Counted from the first letter of the stretch, positions 14,115 to 27,069 are shown. The stretch: 64,000 nt of DNA from Camelus dromedarius (GCF_036321535.1 NC_087437.1:41046001-41110000); one strand, 5' to 3'. Translations and numbers: made by a program. Notes: generated by a model not told the origin, from the letters alone.

Positions 14115-14595
14115 ATATGATAAGCCGAATAATACCACACAAGGTCCATGTCCTAATCCTCAGATCCTGGGAATGAATATGTTACTTTATATGACTTAGA
14201 GGATTTTGCAAATATGATTAAATCAAGGATTTTGAGAAGAAGAGATTATCCAGTTCGGCCCAGTGATGATGAATCACCATGATCCTTATCCTAGGAAGGC
14301 AGAAGAGATGGTGATGTGATGAAAGGAGCAAAGCCTGGAGTGATGTGCTTTGAGGATGGAGGAAGGGGCCACAAGCCAAGGGATAGAAGTGGCCATCAGA
14401 AGCCGGAGAAGGGCAAGAAAATGGACTCTTCCCTCGAAGACTCCAGAAGGAATGAGCCCTGCTGACACCTTGACTTCAGCCAAGTGAAACTGAATTTGAG
14501 CTACTGATCTCCAAAACTGTAAGAAAACACATTTGTGTTGTTTTTAAGCCACTAAGTTGTGGTAATTTATTAGAGCAGTAATAGGAAACTAGTAT
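14115..14595 (+). mobile_element. MaLR (MLT1-type) solo LTR
   Basis: Characteristic MLT1 segments (atgtcctaatcc...atatgttac; gccacaagccaagg; ccctgctgacaccttgactt; tgtggtaatttatt...ggaaacta). Confidence 0.8.
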
Positions 14596-16991
14596 ATGGG
14601 AGTTATAAACTACCCAAAGGCAGGCAAATAGAGTGATTTGGAGCCAGCCAGCTCGGAGCTGCAGAGTAGGAAAAGGCAGGCGTGTTTCTCTGGGAAGGGC
14701 TTTTTCTCTACACAAGGACAGAGGACAGGTAAATTCAATAATCTACCTTATGGTTGCTAGCTAGCTAACAGTGTATTCTATTAGCTGGAAAAAAAATTTA
14801 AGAAGTCATAAAAGAGATAACCTAAAAGTATTTTTGATGCCAGATTGTTCTAAAGTCCCCCTTCCTTACCACAGGTGGATGCTGGAGCACTTTATACAAC
14901 TTAAAGGATTTTAACTTCTGCTCAGACGTGAGAAATGGCCAAGAATAAATAATCTAAAAATACACGAAACGGTTGAATCAGGGAGAAAGAAATATATTTC
15001 TAAGTATATCTCCTTAAATCTTGCTCTAAATACTTCTGTTAGCACAGGCTTTGTCATTGCTGCCATCATCATCATCACCGTCTACGTTTGCTGACTCCTC
15101 ACCATGTGCCAGGCGGTGTATTAAACCTTTCCTATTCATTTTCATTTAATAAATAGCTTGCTTATTTTCACACAGCTATTAAGTGACAGAGCTGAGACTT
15201 GGTCTGTGTGGAACCAAAGGTTAATGCTTGATTTTAATGAGTTCCTTTTTTTAACAGCAAAGACAGAACGCATTCAAAGGCAAGCTATGGATACTTTCCT
15301 TGATGCATGGTAGTGTGGATTGCACAACTGTGGTCACCCCCACCATACCCTAGTACGTACATTTTAAGTAAAAAGTGACCTTGAAAACCCAGATCTATAA
15401 AATAGTGGCCACAGACATCTATTGACTATTACACAATTACAAGGAAAGACTTTTTTTTTAAGCAGTGGTGGAAAGGTATATTTTTATTTATTTACTTTAA
15501 CTAGTAGAGCAATGACCTTGGCAATAAGGACAGTCATGTCATTTCTCAGGGACTCTCCCTAGAAAAATAGTTTTATGAGAGAGGCTGAACTATTTTGTCT
15601 TAATTTTGGAGTTAAAATGATTAATTTTAGGGCTGTTTTTCAAGGAGGATCATTTTTCTACTGAGAGTTGGAAGAAGTGTCACTTTTAGTTCACCATAAA
15701 TAATTTGATAAATGCTCATTTGACATTGTTTTGGGGGTCTGACCATTGTTGATGCTAAATCTTGAGACTTGAGAGGACATGTATCCTGGTTCCATCACTA
15801 GGACACCAATTAAATGTTTTAGAGAAGTTACTGAGTTGCTAGACTCTCATCTCTAAATGAGGGACAAGGGCTTAAATTTTTTCTTCAGGGATGAGAAGTA
15901 TAAAACATCAAAAGCTGCTGAAAGACTTGGTCTGTCCACATTTAAAAATTTCATTTAGTTTTGCTTAATTTTATTTATTTTAGACATAATTAATTTAGAA
16001 AAATTTCCAGTTACTGCTTAAACCAACTATGTGCAAATTAAAATGACTCTCAAATTTTTAAAATAAATAAAGCCAGTTTATGACCTCCATAATTTATGGA
16101 TACTGATTTAAAGTTCAGCTAAACACCAGTAAGTTGATAAAAAGAAGAACTAACCATTTTCTTTTGTGGTAGAGGAAAGTCCCTTTCAAATGAGAACAAG
16201 AATAAAACTTGGGTTACCATGCTACCCATTACTTAAGAGAAATTCTTCCAGTCTTATTCTATAAAAGCTCCAGTACAGAGGAAGAAGTTATCAGAATTTA
16301 ATAACCAGAGAGATAAAACTATAATTTAAAATAGGAATTTAAAAAGCTAAATGAATTATAAAAGATAGTTTTTATTAAATTACTAAGATAGTTGCCTATA
16401 TCAATTAGACCTTCAAAAGTTTTTGCATTTTCTAAATTTTCCATATTTGTATATTTTTATCATGAGAACCAAAGTAATAAACAAAAGATGGACTCAAAGA
16501 GCAGAAAATAAAGCAAAAGAAATAACCATTTGATTTTTTACTTCCTCTTTGTGGAGGTGGGGGAATCCTAGGAGACTCAGTACGTCATGTGACTAAATGA
16601 AATTTGAGTGTAAAGAAGTTCTACTGATGTTTTTAATCCAAAACACCTGAAAGAAACCAGAGTACAGAAATAAACTAGTTTCTTTTCTGCTTGGGGCTTT
16701 GAAATAGCAGTAGCAGCAGCTAGGCACCCTATGCCAAGTATATTGGGCAATTGGGAGTTGGGGTTATTGACTTGACCTTAGAACTTGACTGATCCAAATG
16801 CCAAATTATAACCTGAAAATGAAAACCCGTATGTCTGAGAAATGGAGTGATTTGGTGAAGCCAAAGTGAACTTCCAGGTTAAAAATTCCACTCCTGACTC
16901 TTCTATTGAGTTCCTGAGTTCACCATTTGTGCAGCTGTTTCTGAATATGTTTTACAAGTTATAGAGTGAGAGAATCTAAAAATACACAGCA

Positions 16992-17127
16992 GGGAGGGAG
17001 GATGTAGCTCAAGTGGTAGAGTGCATGCTTAGCGTGCACAAGATCCTGGGTTCAATCCCCAGTACCTCCATTAAAAATAAATAAATAAACCTAATTACCT
17101 CCCCCTACAAAAAAAAATACAAAAAAA
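16992..17127 (+). mobile_element. tRNA-derived SINE (Vic-1-like)
   Basis: GTAGCTCAAGTGGTAGAG...GGTTCAATCCCCAGTACCTCC, A-rich tail; TSD taaaaat(a/g)ca(c/t)agca at 16977-16991 and 17128-17142. Confidence 0.9.
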
Positions 17128-17363
17128 TAAAAATGCATAGCAAACTCACTTTTGCTATAAATGCTTCCACAATTAAGCAGATTGTTGCAACAGATTTGTC
17201 CATCATTTGGTCCAACACCAACCTAACTCATAGGATCATGAGTTGAAAAAAACAACTCTAAAACTAATTCACAAAAGGAAAGATGATTTCTTTCCAAACA
17301 AATTCATACAAACCCCAATTACTGAAGTTTCTGTATTTATACTTATTTTTGAAATTTGCCTAC

Positions 17364-17626
17364 CTTCCAAGCCGGTCCCCAAGCAACCCACCAAAAAATG
17401 AAGCAATCATTCCACCAACTGCAAAGCTGGACACAGACAGGGACCAGAACAAGGTGATGAGGCTAGCAGATGCCATAGTTTCTTCCTCAGGCCAAGAGAT
17501 GGGTGTTGGGCTCTCTCGATGTGGAACTGTGGGCATTTCCTTTGTACTATGGATAGCATCGTTGTTGACAGCTTTTCGGTCGTCCAGTGGAATACCCAAA
17601 ACATGTCTATAATGGGTTAATATTAC
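17364..17626 (-). CDS. SLC2A2: GLUT2 exon 3 (long exofacial loop 1 + TM2)
   Basis: Acceptor tccttag|GTA, donor AG|gtaggc; 263 nt; encodes [18 protein letters not shown]...[28 protein letters not shown]. Confidence 0.97.
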
Positions 17627-18255
17627 CTAAGGAAATAAAATAAGGAAATATAGCTCCAATAATTCAAATGTTCTGTATATTTTTGTTTGTTTTTCCTTTA
17701 AAATATTTGTTAGATGTTTAAACAGGATTATTTCAATTATTTGTGTTGTGTACATCCTAACACATATAGATTATTTACAATTGATCATATCTTATAAAAT
17801 AGAGGTTACAGATTCCAGTGTCAGCAGGAACCAGGCAGGAACAAACAAGTGAAGGAGGCAAGAAGAACCTTGATGACCAGAGGACTGAAAAACTGTCTGT
17901 ATTACTGAGAATATGATAGCGAGTGGGCAGGGTTTATTTGTCCCATATGAAGAAGGAAGCTACAATGTGAGACTAATGTTTTGTGATCTTTAATTTTTTA
18001 AAGAGAAGCCAGAAATAATGGATTTTTATGTAAAATTCCTTAAGTTTTAAAGGTTGGCAACTATTCAAACTGAAAATATTCTGCAGGCTGAAAAGATAAC
18101 ATTTTCACTCCACTATTACCCTTGCAAAGCAGGATCTAAATTGGCTTGCCTAAATATTTTAATAGAAACATAAAAGTGGATATGAGAAAAAAGATTGGGA
18201 AAGGTAAGATGAGGCCAAAAATAAAGTTAGTATACAAAATTCAAATATATATATT

Positions 18256-18257
<2 letters not shown>

Positions 18258-18316
<59 letters not shown>
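18258..18316. repeat. Compound (CA)n/(CATA)n microsatellite
   Basis: Directly visible. Confidence 0.9.
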
Positions 18317-18450
18317 CACAGCTTCTTTATCCATTCATCTGTCCATAGACATTTAGGTTGCTTCCACGTCTCGGCTGTTATAAATAGTGCTACTGTGAAC
18401 ATTGGAGTGTTTGTATCTTTTCAAGTTAGAGTTTTCATCTTTTCCAGATG
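18317..18450 (-). mobile_element. L1 fragment adjoining a (CA)n tract
   Basis: ttctttatccattcatctgtc...gacatttaggttgcttccac...aatagtgct is antisense L1 ORF2/3' sequence. Confidence 0.75.
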
Positions 18451-19444
18451 AGCAGCTCTTTAAATATGGAAGAGGGGTGGCTATAGAGAGGGCACTAAGC
18501 CAGCTGCCAGTGGGAGACTCTCTTCTCAGGTCTGGCTCTAGGACTTGGATTGGAGGAGGGGAAACCTTAGATTATTTTTCCCTCTAAGATTGAAGAAGAT
18601 GGTTTAAATAAGAAAAAGTTCTCCTATGAGAAGAGGTTCTGTCACTTCCAAATTATGGTGATACTGCGCTAAATTTCAGGAATCCTGCTAAATTGGCGTG
18701 TGTTGTCATCACCCACAGAAAAAAGATGTGACCTCCAGCGTTATTCCCTAAATCCCTCAGCCCAGGAAAGGCCTGCCACACTCATGACATGTGGGAGCCC
18801 AACCAGAGCGCAGCCTCAGCCCCAGGAGCAACCCTTTTCATGTGATGGACTGTACACATTTCACACACTCACACCTTGTAGAATCTTACATTTTCTTTAG
18901 AGTTCAATGTTGTAAGAGAAGCAGATGAAATATGATGGATTCATAAATGGCGCCCAGCAACTGCTTTTACCGTCACCTTATGCCACTCCTTCCCCTAGCT
19001 TCTCTTCTCTGTGTGTGTGTGTCTCTCTCCTTCATTCACTAAACACTTTGTTGTTTACATCAATTGTTATGTTTGGCACTGGTGGTAGGAAGAGGGTCAA
19101 GACTACAACCTCACCCTCAATGACCTGACAGTCTGAGTTAGAGAAGAAGGAATGGAGTCCTGATTCACCCATTTACAGGCTGTGAGAGCTGAGAGCAATG
19201 ACATCCCTCTCCTGTCTGTGCACTAGATACCGGAGTAGGGATGCACAAAATAAATGAGAAAAATGATAGCAATTATTTAATATTAAAAAAAATACCCATC
19301 CAAATAGTCATCATGGAGAAAATCCAGACTTTGTTGGACTTCGTAACAGTTATTTAAGAGTTTTGTATTATTTTGCTTTGCGTCACCTATGGGAGACAAG
19401 AGTCGGGGGAAGGACTAGAATAGTTTTAGTGTTAGGGCTCCTAA

Positions 19445-19639
19445 GGGGTTTTTGCTTGTCTTTATTTTTGGTGACGAGAACTCTTATGATTTACTCTCAA
19501 CAACTTTCATACACAACGTACAGCGGTGTTAATTATATTCATCATGTTGTGCTTTACATCCCCAGTACTTATTTACCTTATAGCTGGAAGTTTATACCTT
19601 TTGACTGTCTTCATCTAACAACCCCACCACCCACCGCTG
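19445..19639 (-). mobile_element. Short 5'-truncated L1 3' end with TSD
   Basis: Antisense L1 3' UTR-like sequence flanked by the 10-bp direct repeat gggctcctaa (19435-19444, 19640-19649). Confidence 0.7.
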
Positions 19640-20168
19640 GGGCTCCTAAATATTTTGATGTGGCCAAGAAATGGGCACAATAACGTTGTTGGGTGAGTGA
19701 GACTGGGGAGCGCATATGTTAAAGTGCCTGACGCACAGTGAGTTGGTGCTCAGTACCTTTGTGCACCGAGAAAACCCTGTCCTTCCATCATTTCCTTTTA
19801 TTCCCTGGCATTTCCATCCGTGTGTGACTGGGAACTCTGGAATGTGTGCTGCAATAAGCTGTTAAGCTTAAAAAAAAAAAAAACCTGAGGCATGTGGTAT
19901 TCTGACTGCAGTTTTCTGTGAGCTCAGCAAACAGCAGAATCAGAGATCAAGAATTGTTTATTACCCTTTCTTTTTCTCCGAGGGCTATTACATGAGGAGT
20001 CAAGGCCAAGTTATCAGCTTTGGAACCATGCATGTGGCTCCTGACAGAAGACCGGGACTACCCCGTGTTCCCCACGTGGGCACCCTTTATCTCTCTGGAT
20101 GAGGAGCAGGTATCTTTCTGTCACTGGTAGAAATTGCCAAAAAGAGAACTTGTACATGTTTCACTTGC

Positions 20169-20261
20169 CTGTTGAGGTGCGTTGATCACACCAATGTCGT
20201 ATCCAAACTGGAAGGAAGCCAGCACGGCAGTGAAGACAGCAAAAACCAAGGTCCCGGTGAC
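20169..20261 (-). CDS. SLC2A2: GLUT2 exon 2 ([31 protein letters not shown]), TM1
   Basis: Acceptor ccccacag|GTC; 93 nt; sugar-porter TM1 motif [14 protein letters not shown]; donor is CAG|gcaagt (GC). Confidence 0.95.
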
Positions 20262-20654
20262 CTGTGGGGAATGGAGCACAGGGCTGGGACACACCAGGAA
20301 ATTTCAGTTACCCATTGTCCCATGCAGCGTGGACTTCTCACAGGCTCCACAGGCTGATTCTTGCCCCTTGATACTCGTTCACCGTGTGTCCTGTGCTCCC
20401 GGCAGGGCAGGGTACATTCTTATGGGAGTGGGGGCACCATTCATTTCCCCTACACTGTGAAAGTCTGGGACAGCTTCGTCCAGAGGAGGAACCGAGCATA
20501 TTTTTATAAAATACATATATAGCTAGTATAACTTATATGTATTGAAGCTTCAATGCCTGATACTGAGTATTTTGCCTACTGCATGCGCTATGTGCTTCAT
20601 CTCATTTACTATTGCTACTATTGTGTTATTGCTACTATAGTGTTCTCTTGCTAC

Positions 20655-21200
20655 TATTACAAATAACCAAAAAAGCAGTGGCTTAAATAACACAGATTTA
20701 TTATTTTACAGTTTTTTACAGTTCTTATAGCTCGTAAGTCTGGTACAAGTCTCACTAGACTAAAATTAAAGTGTCGGCAAGTGTTCCTTTCTGGAGGCTG
20801 TAGGGGAAAATTCAGGTTGATGGTAGACTTCAGTTCCTCACGGTTGTAGGACCAGGGTTTGGGCTGGCTTAAAGCAAGGGCCGCTCCCAGCTCTAGAGGC
20901 CACAACGTTCCTTGGTTAGTGGTGCCCTTCCTCCATCTTCATAGCCAGAAATGGGCTGGTCAAGCCCCTTGTTCCATCTCTCTGACTCTGACCACAGCCA
21001 GGAAAGTTCTTCCCTTTTAAGAATTTGTGAAGTTAGTTTTGGTCCGTCTGGAGAACCCAGGAGAATCTCCCTATCTCAAGGTCCATAAAGTTAATGACAT
21101 TTGTAAAGACCTTTTTACTATATACGGTAACATACTCATAGGTTCTGGGGACAAGATCATGGACATCTTTTGAGGACCATTATTCTGCCAACCACACTAC
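20655..21200 (-). mobile_element. MaLR (MLT1-type) LTR
   Basis: agtggcttaaataacacagatttatt...ttctggaggct...cttcctccatcttca...ggacatctttt...cattattctgcc.accaca pattern. Confidence 0.75.
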
Positions 21201-22181
21201 TCATGACAGCACCATCAGTATCCCTATTTTATACATAACTAGGTTAAGGTCTCACAGCCAGTAACTTGTAAAATAAAGATTTGGATTCAGGATCTATACT
21301 TTTAATTACTTGGTTCTTTTGCATTTCTCATTGGTCAAAAACAAACAGTCAAAAACCAAACATCTGAAAATACAGGATCCTAATTTTTCTAAATTGAAAA
21401 AAAGATCCGGGAGTGCACATATTCATAGAAATTGCCAGTTGTGATGCTAAAGCCGAGTCACCAGACACACAAATTCCAAGTGCATTTTCCATTTTCCAGC
21501 CACTCACTACACAAATCCCCACCTTCCTCACACACCCAGAGAAAACCTTCATGAAGTCTCTGGACAAAAGTTGAAAATAACAAAGAATGGCTACTCAACC
21601 ACTCACCTGTAACTCACCTGAAGAACCACCTCAGGTCCTACCCACCACCAAACCCAGGGCCGTGACATACTCACCCAGTTCATCCCTGCATCTCCCTTTC
21701 TTCCTCTGGCAGAGTCTCCAAGCACTCGGCGTCTAAGTGACTGTTCCTCCCACTCCACCCCTGGGCTTCTACTCTCTGCTGGCTCTCTCCTCCTGTCCCC
21801 CCTGGACAAGCATATAGTTCATTTCCTCTTATTTTGAGCCCAACCGGTGACCATGGCAATGCTGAGCAGGGGTGCTACAGAAGTGGCAGTTGGGGCTGAA
21901 GGTGGTGGCTGCAGCAGGTTGGGTCCCCCATAGTGGCCTTGCCCTGCCACTCCACATCACAGTCTCAATTACAATAGGGTTAATTTTTCCTACATTACGT
22001 TGACAAAAATGATAGTTAATTTTCAAAGACAGAAGGTCTCTCGAGCTCCTGTCCCATTATCTCCTGATCAAATCGTTCTCAGTCATTACTATAGAAATAC
22101 TGGAGCTGCCCCTAACAGCAAAACAGCCATTGTGAAGGAGATAGGAGAGGTTTTAAATGTTTAGAAATCTTAGAGTGTTCT

Positions 22182-22358
22182 TTTTTTTTTAAACACTTTT
22201 ATTGGGGTATGGTTCCTGTACAGTAATCTACGTATATTCCAGATGTACAATCTGATGAATTTTGATAGATGTATACACCCATGAAACCCATGAAACCACC
22301 ACCACAATCAAGACAGCTACCATTTCCAACACTCCCCAAGAGGTGCAGTTTTCGAATT
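22182..22358 (-). mobile_element. Short L1 3' fragment with TSD
   Basis: Poly-T then gtacaatctgatgaattttga...catgaaaccaccaccacaatcaaga; flanked by tcttag(a/g)gtgttct direct repeats. Confidence 0.7.
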
Positions 22359-25300
22359 CTCTTAGGGTGTTCTTAAAGTCTTTGTCTTCTGGTTTCCCTG
22401 GCTTCTTTTTCAGCCTTGACTCTGGTCCTGCCACCCCATGATCTGCAGTTCCCCATTTTAACCCCTTGAGATAGAAATTTCATTCAGTTGGTCAGATAAG
22501 GAGAAACTTCATTTATCACTTGAATTCTCAACTAAAGTGATCATTTCACATATCAGTCTCTGGAACTATTTGATTGGATTTTCTTTGTTTGTTTGTTTGT
22601 TTGTTTTGCACCTCTTACTTTCAGGTTTAATTTTCCTCTCTGAACTCCATTTTAAACTGGCTCCTTCCTTCCTATCTTTTGTTTTTCCATTATGAAACAA
22701 AAAGAGCTAACATTTATAGTCAGGCTTCTGTGTGGTTAGACTTGGTCGGAGAAAGTTTTATGAGATAACAAAATTTCTGGAAACTACTACGTTTGAATTT
22801 TAATTCATCAATCAACCCTCATCCATTACATTAAATGTCCAATTTAATGTCAAGGCTGACCCAAGGTTAGGTACATAGGAGCTAATGAAAACAGTGAGAA
22901 CTTAGGACCTCACTCTGTCCATGCTCTGGATTCTAAGTGGTTTGCCTGTTCTCTCAACAACCCTGTAGAATTATTATTACCATTTCACATATGGGAAAAC
23001 TGATATGAAAAGTAAGGAACTCATCCAAAGGCCGCTTATCCACTAAGTGGCAGAAGATACTGTCTTTTTTCTCAACCTCTTCATGGCAACAAGGCATTAA
23101 GCTTATTCTTTTAGAAAGACTACCTTCATTTGGAGCTTAATAATTTTAAGTTAGAGAAATTAGGTTCTATATCCAATTAAAATGTGCAGTTGGATAAATG
23201 TAGAAGAGTAGAATGGGCAAGTGGCTGAACCTTAACTTAAAACAAAATGTGGTATTTATTTTGTGGCTTAGAAGTCAGATGGAGTCTATTAGGAAAAACA
23301 AGTAGGCTTGGCAGTCAGAAAACCTAAAAGAGTTTCAGCTATGCCCTTAACATCCCCAAGCCTCAGTTTCTTTGCCAAAAAAGTGTATAATAATAGTTAA
23401 TGCATAGGATTATCATATATAATGAACAAGATACATAATATGGTCTTCCTATCAAAATTGAAAACAACTGATCTTTAATCCCATCATTACCATCTCATTC
23501 ATCACTCTTGCCAAACAACCAGCTGTCAGTTTTTCAGACATCACCAATAATCTTCACAACAGTGCTATAAAGTACATGAAATTATTCCCATTCAGGGAAT
23601 CAGGGCCCAGAGATTAAGTGCTATACCCAATACTCACAGCTGGAGAATAACAAATACTCCTGTATTGGAACCCAGGGGTTCCAACTTTAAACTCCCATTG
23701 CTAAACAAAAAAGCAGGTTTTCAGCAGCTATTGATTGAGTAGGTAGGGAAGAGATGCTTATACTGTTTTCTCTACACCACATACCATGAACGCCAACCCA
23801 AAGGTGATCTTGCACTCAGCTTTGGAAAAGTCCAGGAGCTTCTCAAGCCATAAAATTTTCAAGCTGAAAGGAACCTTTGAGAGCAATGGATTCTAGTCTG
23901 ATCTCTCCCTTTTTCAGTTGAAGAACCTGAGTCCAAGTCCTTTGTCTGAATTACACAGCGCATTCCTGGGTATATCCAGACTGATAACCCAGGTCTCCTG
24001 ACTCTCAGTCTCCTGCTTAGTTCACTTCTTTTAAGTCTAGGTAGATTTACAAAGCTGAAACATTATGCTTTACATCAGTCCTCATTCTGTTGGGTTATCT
24101 TATTAGCCAATTTCTCAGTTCTTAAAAAAAGTGCTAGAACACAATTTCTAAAGGCTGTAAGGGAATTTAATGATAGTTCTAAATGAAGCTGGAGCAACTG
24201 CTATGTGCCAGGCACTGTGGTAAGCACGTTACCTTCCCTCTTGGAGTATCTGCCAGACTTCAGTTGTTTGAACACTACCTTCATGATTTTTGCCAAATCA
24301 ACATACCATAGGTATAGTTATTATAGTCTTTGTATTGTCTTTAAAGTTTTAACTACTTTAGCTTTATCCTGAGCTGTAATAGGAAACCATGAAGTCTGGG
24401 TTATTCCTTAAACACACATTATATAAATATATAACTATTGGCATTCAAATGTTTGTTACCTGAGTTTCTCTAACATACCTCATTTAATTACTCCCATACA
24501 GTAAAGAACTATTATAAGCCCTGCTATATCCTTATATCCCCATGTGTTTTCATTTTGCCACAATAGAGAAAACCCAAGATCAATTGAATAACTTATCCCC
24601 AGTATCACGGAGGTACGTAGCATTGCCGCACTCCAAATCCATGCCAGCTGGCTGCCAAACCCGTGCTCCTAGCCTTGTCACTTACAGCAGCATAAGTTAC
24701 AGCGGATCAGAACTTAGAGGTCCTACTCTGACTGGGCTACCCATTTCCCTACTTGTATGACTGTGTGCAGAGGTGGGTATGCTTGGTTGCAGAACACTTA
24801 CAATGCAGCGACAGCACCATACACTTTTTATTTTCAAGGTTTTACTTTGAAAAGTGTATCTGCAGAGAAGTTGAAAGAGCAGTGCAGTGAACATTCCATA
24901 ACCTTCACCTGTGTTCACCGATGGTTAACATTTACCACATTTGTTTAACTCTGTGTGTGTGTTGTTTTGGCTGAATTATTTGAATATAAATTGCAGACAT
25001 TTGTGTTACTTCTCTCCTAAACACTTAAGCATGTACTCACTAACAGTAAGGCATTCTCCCACATAATTACCATAGCACTATCATATCAAAGAATGTAGTC
25101 GATCTATTATTACCTAATATACAATTTTCAAAATGTCTCATTGTCCCTGTACTGTCCCTTAGATCTGTTTTGTTCTTCCTTCCACCGTCTAAGATCACTT
25201 GTTGCATTGTCAGTTCTTAGTCTCCTGGAACAGTCCTACCTCTTGTTTTTCATATATTGATACTTTCTGAGATTTCATACCAGTTTCATGATTAGATCTG

Positions 25301-25581
25301 AGTTATATGCCTGATTTTTGCACATTCTTTCAGTGATATGATTATGCAGTATCACTTGAGAAAACATTACACACACTAGTCAGAAAACAGAGCTAGTATT
25401 CTTAAAATCCCAACTACTGAATAAGAAATATGATTTTTCAGCAGCTAAACTATCAATTGGCCAAGAGAGGTAGCTTTAATCTGTGGTAGCTACTCCTATC
25501 ATACCCCAGATCCTCAGCACGCTCACTAACTTGAACGCATTACCCTATTCATGTCCTCGAGTGGACATAATACGACTTTAC

Positions 25582-25596
25582 CTTATCTTCTGCCAT
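25582..25596 (-). CDS. SLC2A2: GLUT2 coding exon 1 (MAEDK)
   Basis: Reverse complement reads ATG GCA GAA GAT AAG|gtaaag. Resembles the GLUT2 N-terminus (human MTEDK) and joins in phase 0 to exon 2. Confidence 0.93.
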
Positions 25597-25800
25597 TTTA
25601 TGTGTTGAGAGTCCTCCTCTTAATTCCAGGTCCTGTAGTGAGTGTGGCAGATGCAGTAGCCAGCCTCTGCCTGTCTTTCTCCAGCCTTCTGAGACTAGTT
25701 ATACATTAGAGGAGGAGGAGCAAAGGCAAAGAGGAAAGAGGCCAAGTTTAATCTTGGGCAGAGGGTGATTATTGATAGGAATCTAATCAATAAATGCTTT
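25597..25800 (-). promoter_or_regulatory. SLC2A2: SLC2A2 5' UTR / proximal promoter
   Basis: Immediately upstream of the ATG. TATA-like TGTATAAC near 25700 on the minus strand and ONECUT/HNF6-type TATTGAT motifs at 25769-25793. The TSS cannot be determined from sequence. Confidence 0.6.
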
Positions 25801-26139
25801 GCCTCCGTGACCTGTGGCTTCCATGCCTTTGTCCCACCAGGAAAGAAAATGGGAACAGGGTCCTTAGGCATAAGTTACAAACCAGAGGCATGTTTTAAGG
25901 CATGTGCTAAGTGTGGCAGTTATCAGGGGCAGGGGGAAAAGAAATCTTCGGGGTCTTTTATAGAGAATGAGATATGCTGGGCTGCAGTGCTATGTTGTGG
26001 GGACAATAAAGACAGGGGCACGGGAGGCACACGCACTGCCCTGCAGAGAACCAGCTCTGCACTGCTGGCTTCAGACTGCACTGTGTGGCCAGGGATCACT
26101 GTAGGCGTGAGTGGTTACCTGAGTGAGTTTGGAGAGTCA

Positions 26140-26350
26140 TGAACTTGGATTTGAATCTCACCATTTTACTGGTGGTGTGACCTTAAGCAGGTGGCTCACT
26201 GTGACTCTCCTGTGCCTTCATTTTTTCTCCTGATAAAAGTGAGAATAACAGAACACACACTTTCTCTTGTTGGTTGGGTTAAACGTGGTAATATATGAAA
26301 GTGTTTAGCACAGTGAATAATAAGTGCTCAGCAAATGTTGGTTGTTATTG
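26140..26350. mobile_element. MIR element
   Basis: ggatttgaatc...tgtgaccttaagcagg...tgtgccttcatttt...taaaagtgagaataa...aaagtgtttagcacagt MIR core. Confidence 0.65.
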
Positions 26351-26917
26351 TTTTCACTATTACTATTATTGATTCTGTGTATGTCAAGAAGAACCTGTTG
26401 GAGGCAATAGCGTAGAGTTCTCAAGCAAATCTGCTCATAGCATTTGAGCTAATGCACTTCTGTGTATTCACTATGAGATCTACTCCCTGTGGGGGCCCAG
26501 GTGATATCAAAATTGGTTGATCTTGAACTGTGCTTGGCGAATAGTGTCACTGGTTTCACTGAGGTTCAAGTGGAACCAATTCCCAGCAGACCAAATGTCC
26601 CAGACAGCCCCATAAACGAGGAGTGTTATGAAGAAACACAGGGTGAAGAGGTAAAGGAAACTCAGATTTCATTTGTCTTTTATTTCACCACCCTCTTTTC
26701 ATTTCTATCATCTCTTCAAGGTGATGCCAATGAGTGAATAATCCCATTCAAACCACAAACTTTTATTGAGCCCAGCACAGACACAGGCTCTGAAATGCAT
26801 GATATAAATAAGACACTTAGGAGCACAAATGCATAAGGAAGAGACAAACGTAACCGCAAACATCAGTGCAGTAATTTCTTAGTGGGAAAGCATGAACGAA
26901 TATTATTAGCAAAGTTA

Positions 26918-26930
26918 GTTAATCTTTATT
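26918..26930 (+). promoter_or_regulatory. Candidate HNF1 binding site upstream of SLC2A2
   Basis: GTTAATCTTTATT vs consensus GTTAATNATTAAC. HNF1A is an established SLC2A2 regulator. Motif match only. Confidence 0.4.
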
Positions 26931-27069
26931 GAATTCTTGCTTGGTGCCAGATGCTGCTCTTAGCACTTTACATGGATTAACTCATTCAGTCACAGCATAA
27001 GGCACTCTCCGTTGTAGGGCCAAGCTTTTGGGAGCCGTTTTGAAAGCAGACTGTAAAGAGCCCAAGTAG

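Noticed and set aside
16992..17070. tRNA-like sequences (also at 5392 and 29482)
   Set aside because: They have A/B boxes but also A-rich tails, TSDs (two copies) and mutual divergence: SINEs, not tRNA genes.
17405..17407. Ile at GLUT2 residue 110 (human T110I polymorphism)
   Set aside because: As I recall, a hydrophobic residue here is the usual non-human state, so it is not distinctive.
20217..20219. Ala at GLUT2 residue 20 (human Gly20)
   Set aside because: Small residues (G/S) vary here among mammals as I recall; a conservative change.
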